From Botryllus schlosseri (Eukaryota): 64,000 bases of DNA. This document shows positions 11,801 to 23,800 of this stretch, in pieces; position 1 is the stretch's first letter; each line of letters starts with the position of its first letter. The position numbers were made by a program, and so were the translations under genes. The stretch covers positions 19,158,001 to 19,222,000 of the forward strand of contig CM119378.1 in the NCBI GenBank assembly GCA_051294905.1. Reading direction: 5' to 3'. The notes below the pieces were generated by a model that saw nothing but the letters and a program-made list of their open reading frames with translations, was not told the DNA's origin and ran no database searches.

Positions 11801-14800
11801 TATTAATTTCAGAACGCCACTGAATTCTTGAATTTTGCAAGTTGATTAACTACGATTTTCAGTGTCTCAGTACAAACTCCAAGAATCACTATAGGCCTAT
11901 TGAAAACTATACGGAAAAGTACAGTAGGACATAGTTATAGTTTTTATAACTGACGTTTTTACAGGTTGACGAAGATGTCATCAATTTCGTATTCCTCTTA
12001 GTATTTAAATATAATAATAAATGTAATTATATATATCCCGCATCTACCGTGTATTAACTTTTTGAAGTAATGAATTTCACGTGACTCCTTACACAGCTGA
12101 TGCCATGTGTTTTGGAACAGTCAGAGCTTGCGAATAAAGCCTAATGTTATGTATGGAATTGGATACATTTCGCACCGCTTCGCGATTCGCAATTTCTCTC
12201 TCTATACATATAGTTTTCTCCAAATTAAGTTCCTGTATTTGGCAATGTATGTGACAAGTGACATGCAATGTACAGTACGAGTTCTAAGATGCTTGGTGGG
12301 CAATTTGGCGCTGTGCGTTATGATACGATATCAATCCATCGGGCATTTGCAAATTTCAGGTCTCGGGTCAATCGCGGCTCAAGATTAATTAATAGGGTTT
12401 ACAGTATTGTCACAAACTGGTGCGTACTGTTGCACACGAGAACCCCTATTGCCAGACCAGCTATAGCAGGGATCCAATCCTAAATGTTCAAACAGCTCAC
12501 TCAATATACGAACTGCAAAAAGGTTTTAGTTCAAATTTAGTATTCAATATTCAACGACGAATATGACGGAATATTCACACCCGCAATTTGCTTATAATTC
12601 TTGAGAAATCACTGGATTCATTCAAGATCTTATTTCAACGTGCACAAGTATCGTCTTAATTCAAATTAACATACCGGCAGTTCATGGGTCGGATTTGGCG
12701 CACGTGGTGACGTGGTTAACATATTATGTATAATTGTATATAGTTCAATCGAGAAGATGTAGCGTGAATGATTCGCCTCGGCATGAGTTATTGGTATCTC
12801 ACTGATGACTCATGTTATTTCATATTGCAGGTCAATCTACGCGATGCTCTGCAAACCAGATTCAGCATGACTTTCACGGATGGATGTTGGGACGCTTTTG
12901 TATCGTCACCCTTCATCAAAGTAGTTCCCTCGCCGACCGGAAGAGGCGACAAGGATCCCTATATAGCCTACAATGACTTTCTCTCCAAATTCGACGTCAT
13001 GATTCGGTAGGAATAGTGCAGGTTACGTCAGAATGTCCCAACGTAATAAGTTTCAAAGGCACGATTGCAATTGTGAACATAGCAAATCCCTCATTACACT
13101 TGACAGTTTCGATGTTAGAACTTACATAGTAATATGTATTGTCGCCTATTTCTTCTTGGAATCCCCATGCGCGTCGTCAATTAATCAGTAGCGGCTGTGT
13201 TTACTTAACCCACAACGTGCCATTTGGTAATTTTCCCTTGTACCTTCAGGCCAGCAACAGCAGATGAGGACGACCCTTGGCTACAATCCAACATCGACAA
13301 CGAATACGCCCATCTGCACGAGCATAAGCGAAGATATCTACAAGGAATGGGCGCCGACCCTGCTAATCACACTCTTAGGTAGTGATTTCAATAGTATGAA
13401 TGCTAACTCTTACTAGTTAGCACACATCGAGCAGCACAAACTCCATGTTGGTCCGTTGGGTGATCATTTCTTGAATTACACGGGATTCAATATTTCAGAC
13501 ATGACCCGCGTCCAATTGAAGAGCTCGAAAAAGTCATGGTTGGCATATTTTTGAACCAGTTTTACCAATTGAAAAAGGAATACGATATGATCGTACGGGA
13601 AGACTTCTGTCGTGTTGATAAGGAAAAGTTTGACTACGTCATGTTCAGGTCTGTATTTGGATGGCCGTTGTCTTCATCCACACTGTACTGCAGTGATGTG
13701 CTGAGAGGTTCACAGTTGGTGCGGCACTGACCTTTAAGAATTCGATTTAAAAATATGCATACCCGAAATGGTATATATTTTGTTAGCGACTTGTTTTTAA
13801 TGACGTTTCCGGAATCAGTGCGACAATGGCATTCAATTAATACCAACAATACAAGTTATGAGCTGTTCATGACGAATTGCAGTAATACAGGTAAGGCTTC
13901 CCCAATGCCAGTGAGTGCCTCGACTCTCTATTCACGTTGTATTTGTGAACACGAATAAGTAAGTTCCGTGATTTTATATATTAGTGATTCATGAACATTA
14001 ATGGAAAATACACATAATTATTGGTGCTACAATCATTGAAGGTCTCACAATTTTCTTTTACTCATCCTGGCGTCAGGTGAGGCACGGGATAAAGCTTTTT
14101 GTTTGCTTTCGCATTGGTAAAGGCCTACGCCAGCATCACTTGGGTGATGATATTCGATTTTCTACACATTGGTTAAGTATGTACGTTTTTCATGTATTGC
14201 AGGTGCGGTTTCATTTTGACAGCTAGCGAGCTCTCCCGCCTGTGGTTGAGCATGCCTATATCACGTCCGATCGAGTCCATGTCATTTCCCGGTCTTCTAC
14301 GTCACGTGTTGAAGCTTCATTATTCCGCTTCCAAACCAGGTAAACAGTGATCGAGCTGTCGAGCTCCTGACGACACAATAAACGACTGCCTGATAATTAT
14401 TTACCCTTTTAGTCTGACCTTTTTGTGGATGAAGGGCAGTGTTTAGTAAACCCCATCGTAAACTTCCCGAACATGGTTTATATCTTACACGGGCAATCAA
14501 TGCAAGCACTATAATAGCTAAGGTGTAATTAGAGGCGAAAATATCACAACCGATGCGTCAGCGACAAACCTTATTAGAGGTATAGTAACAGACAAATTGG
14601 GCGCACGCGTAATATATTATCAATTCCCAATAGTTTGTATTTCTCCAGCTATGCTCAACACAAATAGATTCTGCTTTCAAAAGTACGTTCATGATCAGAG
14701 CCGTAACAGCACTTCGTCAGCCCCCCCCCCCCTTCCCCAAAAAAAAAAACGTTGGACCTGGGCCCCCCATATGATGATAAACCGGACCCCCTCAGGTTAT

Positions 14801-17800
14801 ACGCTGTTTAACGCTATTTATCATCTACATGCTGGGGCATCGTTAGCTGAGTCAGCCTTTCCAGCCTGCACGCGCTAAGCGCGAAAAATTTCTATAATTC
14901 ATGATTGAATCGGTCAATATGATCGGGAATTGCATACATATTGCTATTAATTTTTGTCCTCTCTCTGCTCACGTAATCAGATTTACAGGAAGAGCTGAGT
15001 GAGGTGTGTTTGAAAAGGTAGGACCCCTCAATCATAATTAAAAATCTTGGGGTGTATACCCGTTGGCAGGAACTAAGCAGCACTTCGTCAGGCCCCCAAA
15101 AAAAACTTGAGTCTTTGACTCACATAGGGTGATAAACCTACCCCCAATCACGTTGTTCGATTTTGCCACGTAATGAGTCGTACACTGCATGTGAGCCAGC
15201 GCGAAGCGCGAAAATTTTCGATAATTCATGATAAAATCGGTCAATAAGATTGGGAATTGCATATATATTGCTATCACTTTCTTGTCCTCTCTGCTCACGT
15301 AATCAGATTTACCGGTAGAGCTGAGTGAGGTGTTATGGTAACTGTAGGGCCCCGTTGGTATGACTCCGTAACATGATGCTATTTCGAGACATCCTGTCTG
15401 CTATATCAAAAATATAGAATCGCCCAAACGTAGGCTACTAAACTAAAAGACGCACACGATTTCAAATTGGTATTTCTTCACTGGCATATAATTTTCCCTG
15501 TCTTGTGAGGTTCAGATTGTCAAGGCAGGAACATTCGGCGCTGGTCATTTAGGCGCAAAATTAAACCTACATGTATTTTGTATATAATAATACCGTAGTT
15601 TTCGCTCAGCATAAGGGCAGTCCTTTTCGGCCAAGGTTTTCTCGCGGTCGATCGTTCTGGCACACTTCTTGGAGTCGCATGTTACATGATGGCGTAAGGG
15701 TTGCCCGACATATGAGCATGCGACGCAATGGAAAACGACAGTTCAGCATGGAACACATCAGCATGCGTCACTTCAGCATTTGACTGTATAACCCAAAAAC
15801 ATACCCTAACCCGAAACATAGCCTAACCTAACCTAACCTAGCCCAACCTAACCTAAAGCCTAACCCTAACCCAACCATAAATCCAACCCTAACCTACCCC
15901 TAACCCGTAATTTAACCCATATGATCATGTGTCGCATGCCAAATTGTCGCATGCCGAAGTCTCGCATGCTGTAATGTCGCATGCTCATATGTCCACGTAC
16001 CGGCGTAAGACTTTATATTTCTTGGTACATCGTGGCCCGGTAATGGCCAACGCCGATATGCCCATTTCTATAAATGTTGCGTATTTTTTCTTGGGGGAAG
16101 AGTACCCCAAAATGAAGATACTTGGCAACTTGAAATCGCGCGGAGCGCGAAAAATTTCTGAAAGAGTTGCATAAATTTTCAAAAAATACTTCATAATTTA
16201 TGCTAATTCACGAAATAATTTTGGGCCCCCTTCGAGCTCGGCCCCCCCAATTGGGGGGTTTGGGGTGCGGCAGTTACGGCCCTGTTCATGATAAACGCCT
16301 ATTGAAACTCGAATAACTTTTCCTATGTCATTTTCATATCATACTGATCTCCGCTTGAGGGCTTGAGTTGCTTCTGGCAACAAAACCTTATGACGTCACA
16401 ATAGATTAAATCAGGTGTCACGTTGCTATTAGAGATGTCCGGATTCTGGTTTTTAGAGATCCGTATCCAATTCTGTTTGATAAAATAAAATACAATAAAA
16501 TAATGCTAAAATCCAGATCCAAAAACAATCCTGCTCAGATCTGACCGCATCCATTAGTTGATATTTTTCAAATCATACCTCGACAATACATTGGATTTTG
16601 CTTCGAATTTGTAGTGCAATGCAAAAACTAACCAGGTCCAAGTTCACACAAAACATTGAGGTAAATTGTAATCATTCAGAACGACACTTTCATGAACTAG
16701 AAATTTAGAATCCTGTCCTAATCCGATCCTGTTTATGAAATCCATGCCGGATTCCTCGGCGATTACAATCCAAAATCCTGATCCTGTACATCTCTAGTTG
16801 CTATGGGTATGGCACATTTATATTCATCGTCATCTGCGAAATGCTGCCCACTATTTGACTGCCAACAATATATAACGTCGCAATTACGGTTATGGGGTGA
16901 TGGCGAGTTTTGCGAAGTCTAGCGGCAGCGTAAGAGCTAATAACCTGAAGAGTTGTTGTTAGTAACTGCGGCGTCCTATTCATTGTTTTCTAGCGAAATT
17001 GCGGGGTAATTGCACCTCTGAACGATCATTCATTTCGAATGGATTATTACCTTTCTAAAATCTGGCAAATACAGTGGAGCTTTGTAAACTAGATTGGTCG
17101 AATCACAGCTTCCAAAGCATGCAGCACCAAGCTATGCACGAGTCATTTGATTTTTTTTTTACAAATTACCTTTCCGAAAGATAGTACTCCATTGGGAATT
17201 GAATCATTCACGTATTCGATTTTGCACAGCCTCACTCGCAGTATGGATTCAAAGATTTTCTTACCTCACTCAATGCAATTACTCTTGCAGCATTGTACTT
17301 CAGCATGCTACTTTTGGGCAAACTAAACTGCATTTGAGCAGATATTTCGATTCGATTCTCCTTCTAGTAGCATACTGATACGATTCCTTAACACTACTCA
17401 TGTTACTCCAAATGAGATCAAACGTAGTGGTACGCATACCGTATCGCATGTGCGATACCGCCACGCGATCACGTGACTAACGAACCGTAATCGCGTGTTA
17501 CGTCTGTAATGCGAAGATTAGTCCTTAATCGGAAAGAATTAGTGAAGATTTGATAAGTTCGGGTCACGCATAGTCTACAATTATACTTGGAATCGCGTGT
17601 TTCATTTGACTGATGAGTGAAGAACGGTGCCCATGAGGCACTAGCCAACTGTTGCCATGCTCTTGAAGTTTACCGGAATTATCGACTGGACGCTGATAGC
17701 CTGACCCGATGTTATAACTTGAATTCGGAGAACCGCTAATCACATTATGCTTGGGAGCAGAAAATTCATCAGTGCAAATATGAACAAACGTATACGCATA

Positions 17801-20800
17801 ACGATTGATATTGTGACGGCCGTTGAGATCAAGTATACCGTTATTTAAAACCATTCATTGTTCAAGGAAGTATGATATATCATACTGACAAATCTACGGA
17901 TCTGGATTAAATCCAGGATTTAATTACTCGGTTTTTATTGACCTTTTACGGGCACATTGAAACTAATCCGCGAGCTCCCAATGGGTTCACCGACCCCAGT
18001 TCAATAACCCTGGCCTACTGCATAATATATATTTACATACATTGTTTATAGTGCAATGTTAAAATTGTTATCCCTCTACTGTAAATGAAAATCGTATATT
18101 ATCGTATATTTGCTGTGCTCTGTGCTCCACATTTTACACCTGCACCACAGTTGGTGAAAATAGCCGACGACTATTCCTATACGGTCGCATATAGGATGAG
18201 GTACAAGGTGGTACAATGTGGTGCGAGTGAAAATAGTTGGCTTGCGTGGCATTTCCCAAGTGAAAGAGTAACAAAAAGGCCTGCACACCCTCACATTCCC
18301 ACACAACCGCTGTGGGCGTGTCAGTTCAACCGGCGCTTTCTTTTAATCAGGCCGATTCACCAGAAATTCCTCGGATTTGGAAATGGTCACTTTTATCATG
18401 AATAAAATGAGACGCGAGGTCACCGCGAACTGGGCTAGTCTGAAGAAAAAACTGCGATTCTTAGATCCGATGGGAACGTCAAGGGTACCCAAGGTTAGTC
18501 ATTATAGAAGTGATAAGTGACGGAGTGCTTTTACATATTTTAGTACTGCAGTGAAAAGCTTTTGTTTTCTCCTTATGCTTGCACTTATATACTTTAAATC
18601 TATTCATCTTCTTCAGTACGCAGAGAAAAGATTGTCGTAAATTTATGACTGAATCCTAGTCATTGCGCCAAGAATGCGAAATAGAATTTCGAATCCGTAA
18701 ATTCTATTGCACACATATACGCTGGTTCTTTTTAATTTCACTGCCATGAGCTTGACTTCAAATTGGTGATGTTTTACTTCGACTGGAAATGGCTTCTGCG
18801 TGTTCGTGCGGGCCGGAGCGACGAGTTGACTCCAACCCAACTCGGAAATCCGAACCTTGAAATGAGCAACACTCCAATTCGTAAATATCCGATTACATTA
18901 TGAGTATACCTGTTAAACTATAAAGTGTTCTGATGATAGAAATTAGGTTGTTATTGAATACTGATACAGCCAACACGTGCAATTACAAATCTTAAAGTTT
19001 GAGCACAAACAAGTAGCCATGAGCAAAATGATACGGCTTTCCTTTTCTTCGATGGTATTTGCAAGGGTACTGAACATTCACTTACTGGCAGCAATAGTTG
19101 CTGGTAATCAAAGTATGTCGTATGTAGGCTACTTGTACCGTCATTTGTTGTTTTTGGTATTCGTGGTGTTTGCCGACTACTATGGTCATTTACACCAGGC
19201 CTATTTTCTTCATTTTTATTCCATAGCTGCCGACTTGTAGCACGGCCCACTTTTGGGCTTTTGTAAGACACCGCTTACACCAGGGGTCACCAACAGGCGT
19301 TTCGCGGGCCGCATGCGGCCCGCGAGGTCATATTCTGTGGCCCGCGACTTGATTTGAGATTTAGGAAGAATGCTTAGAAAAGCACTTGAAATGCTGAAAT
19401 TGATTACAGTTTTAACGTATTGTTTTTGTTTCAAAATAAACTGTTCTCCTGTGCCCAACATCACTATTCCTCACTAACCGAGACGGCTTTAGCGATGGCA
19501 ACTATTGGCAACAGCATTCCATCGAGGGAAAATCAGCTGATATGAATGGGCTGGGCATATTGCCGTGACGTGCAATGGCCCAGACACTGATGCGTAGAAA
19601 ACGGCTTATTTTAGGGCTTTTTCGCGTTAAAATCAAGCTTTACGTTGAGTTGGTATTTCATCTAGTTACGTCTCTCGCTAGCCCCAATATCGATTCCATA
19701 GTCACGGAAAAGCGCTGCCAGATATCATGCACAATTCAAAATTCGGAATAAAATGAAATTGTTTATCATGATTTTTGTTGTATTTGTATTCCCTTGATAA
19801 AGTGTTACTCCTTATGTGGTAACTATATGCACATCGCCTATGTAAGATAACACTGCGTTGTATTAACATAAAGCTTTAAATCGTGGTTGCTAAGCTGTGT
19901 AGCCTATTTTATATTGATATTGAATATATGCGGCCCGCGACCGCTACCAAATTCGAAAAGTGGCCCGCGACCCTTTTTGAGTTGGCGACCCCTGGCTTAC
20001 ACCGATGAGATGTTGAGGCGGAGCCTAGATAAACCTCTTACACTTAGGTAGGAATTCTTGAGTTGACCCCGACACAGTTGCACGTACACGACCGGGCTCA
20101 CGGTGATAGGCGCGAAAAGGGTCATTGGAATATGCCCATATATCGAATGCACGCAGGTGATACCATGGTTCTTATGTTCCATCATTTAGATGAAATAGGA
20201 TACTAATGGCGTTCAAGTGTTGGTACATCTTGTATGAGTGTCACAAACATGATATATAAATTTAAGGGTCTGTTCAGGTCACTGTGAAAATATTACCTTC
20301 TGGTACTTCCGGTCTTCGTGCATCACGGCGAAGCGCTTTAGTCAGTAAAATTCGATTTCAAAAGTAGCGCTTTAGTCAGTAAAATTCGATTTATGACTTG
20401 TCAGTTTTATGGCCATCTTCTCCCTGGTGATGTACCGTGGCAAGACATAATGTGTAAATTGCGGGATTTCCCCAAATAGCATTCTGTTTTTGTCCCGTCT
20501 TTTGCAAATACGACTCGATTGTCACCACTCTTACAGTGGTTCTCAACCCTTTTGTCTTCGCGGACTCGCTTTGGACCGTCATGGACCCCCCCCCCCCCCC
20601 CCCCGTTTTAGCTCAAATTTTGCTACAATTATCGTGCAACCGTCATCTGTCGTGTGCAAATATTAAGTGTAGGCTAGTGTTAAAGAGCAGCAAAATTACC
20701 ATTCTTTGAAATAACATCATACTATTTATGTAGAAATTGGAAGGCTTTCCTTAGCGAATTCTGTAGCTGCATTTCCTGATATACGCGGTCGTGTCTAGAA

Positions 20801-23800
20801 AATCCACGATTTCGATTAGATATGAACGAGTGCCGAAGATAGTGGCGAATGTAATGAGTATACGCGCAACGTATCTCCCTTTGCGTATGATATATATGGC
20901 ACCAAAATTGAGAAACAGAACAAATGACGTCCAGCCTATAGTCCTTTCCATCTAGCTGCTCATCTTGAAGTTATTCTGGAATAGCGGTTAGGTTTATTGC
21001 AGGAGAAAAAAGTTTTTGCAAACAAATCTTTTCGAAAACCCCAACAAAATCTATCTAAACAGCAATATGTTTGTATCAGTAGGCTATTCCTATTGGCAAT
21101 TAAAATGAGTTTTTTCGGTAGAATATTTCATCTCATACGACCGTTCCGTTTATGTCAGTCCTAAAGGTTGATTAGTTATGAAACGAAACTCCCTCGCCAT
21201 TTTTGTAATTTAAAAAATAAAAATTAGGTTGTCAACTATTTCGCAAATTTTTAGGTTTCGCGAACCCCTGAAAATGCTTCGCTGCACTATTGAATGTAAT
21301 TGGATGGTAAATATCATGTGCTCGGTCTACCTGAGTGAATTGTTTCGGAATCGAGCATCAGGGTCGGAAGAAGCATCTTTAGATATACTCCACTCAGATC
21401 ATTAAAATGAATACCTGAGTTATGTAGTTAGACTAGTGGTTCTCAATTTTTTACGTCACATCACCCCTTATCAATTTCGACACAAATTACCCTCCCCCCT
21501 CCCCCATCCCTCATACTAACGGATACGAAAAGGGGGACACATCATCGGAAAATTTATTCACCTAACTCTAATCGCTGATGGATTTACTAAAAAAGGTCAT
21601 TTTACGCGTCACACGCAGAATAAGCCGTCTTCGCGTGCATTTTCTGACCGTGTTAATTAAATAAATCTCCCTGAACGTTTTAACGTTTACGCCCCTATCG
21701 CCCCCCCCCCTCCACTCACCCCCTTTGCTATTTCCGCCCCCTTGTTCCTCAAAATCGCACACTGGGGGCGATATCTCCCACGTTGGGAACCACTGAGTTA
21801 TACGGACAGACAGAAATTCGCCAATATCATTGACTCGGTCAACGAGAGAGACCTATATGATCTACATCGCTTTCCCTTGCAATGTCAGTAATTATTCAAC
21901 TGATATCGCCTAAAATAGTATAGTTGCGCCCAGGATGGTATTTATCGTGGCGGCAGGTCATTATGATATCCAGTAGATCGTAACGAATATAATCGAATTG
22001 ATATCCAAGGATGCAGTAATATTCCAATCATGTTGGCCATCTCACCAATTAATTGTTGGTATGATTGGTTACTTTTGACGTCAACGTTTAAATGGGTCTG
22101 TAAAGGCTCTTCATATCGATGCAACAAACACAGAATTTTCTTTCTTTCTCAACGTTTCATATACATAATGAAGTATAATTGGTTACGTAAATAGGGTGAC
22201 CGTTAAAGAAACATATAAATATATCTCGCTCGCGATATGGATTGCATTAATTAATGCAATTGTATGCAATTTTATTACATGCGACGTCCTGCGTATGAAA
22301 TTAAGACGATTTCAAATTTCGCAACTCAACGTTACAGAGTGGCAATTACAGTGTCTTATGTGATTTTATAAACCCGTAATTCGCTCAGCGGGGCAATTTA
22401 GTCGTAAAATCCGTTACGGCGACCGAACGGTATGATATCGATTTCGCCCGTGACATGCCGTAGTGGTGCGTTGCTGGTAGCGCGGAGCGATGGGTTTCTT
22501 ACCACGGATTCAAACTGTGTTTTTCAAATTCAACCCCAGCATCGGACAAACTCTGAGAAGCAAGTCAAATACAAAAAATATTCGTATTTAATACCTGCTG
22601 TTTAATTACGGCTTGTTAGGGATGCTATTGCAGCCTTAAAAAATGCCATTGCCTCGAATATATCTACTGCGAATCCGACTTCCAAGCAGTACACAGAGGT
22701 CTCACAAGTCAGTCGATTAATCGTTATTATTACGTCGCGTATGATATTTCTATAGCTTCGACTCCCAATCTAATTAGTTTGACCATATCTATGACAACAA
22801 TGTACAGTACAATTGTACATGTTCTAAATCCATCTTAGGCTCATATGAATGGATACCTTTTTGCGACAAAGGGCACAAACTCAATTTTGGCGCCTTCCCC
22901 CATACACATTGCAATCGTATCTCTCATAAGGTAAAGAAAATAATGATTGCCAGGCACAGTGTCTAACGCAGACGAAAATTGGTGTCTTTGATATCACGTG
23001 ACTTACTCTCGACGATCAATCAGCGACTGTGATAATTAATGCTTTCTTTACGACTGCATAGATTGCGATGAATCTGAACGTTTCGTAAACCAAATGTATT
23101 GTATGTCTTTTGTCTGCATTATCGCGTTATAATTACACTGGTACTTCACAGGAAGACATGCTGGAAATCGTGAAAGGCATGCGTCCTAAAGTCACCGAAA
23201 TTGAATTACATTTCGTGGTCGAAATGCTAGAATCGAGAATCCATGAGAAAACAAATTATTTCCGGTTCATGGAGTTCTTCACAAAGCCATTGTCCCGTCA
23301 CAGTCTCAGGAGTCACACGTCGTCGGCTGAGACTCCGGAGCCTGTACTGTGTAAGTATTTACTTTAGTAAACACTCACTCACGACTGGTTTCGCTTCTAC
23401 TATGTCCATTGTCATAACGCGAGAGTTTCACTTACAAATATGTGCGTGAAGGCATCTCTTGCATAGGATCACGAAATTAAACCATGCCAGCTTTTACAAT
23501 GCAATAATGGAAATTTCCCCTTTCATTTTAGTGGAAGAGGTCACCGTCTCATATGACTTCGTATATGGTTGTAAAACCGTTATCGCCTCTATTGTTCATC
23601 AGTATATGGTATTATAGGCGAACAATTGACAAATTGACCCCGTCGAACAAACATCTGAGCCATTTTTTAGTGAATAGTCGGATTCTTCATTCCAGCCATG
23701 TAGTCCTCGACTAGACTGTTTTATGCACGGTCAATCGGTACCGTCCATTACCTGATTGGCGCTAATAGCTCGTCTGCACGAGCAATTTCCTACTCACGGG

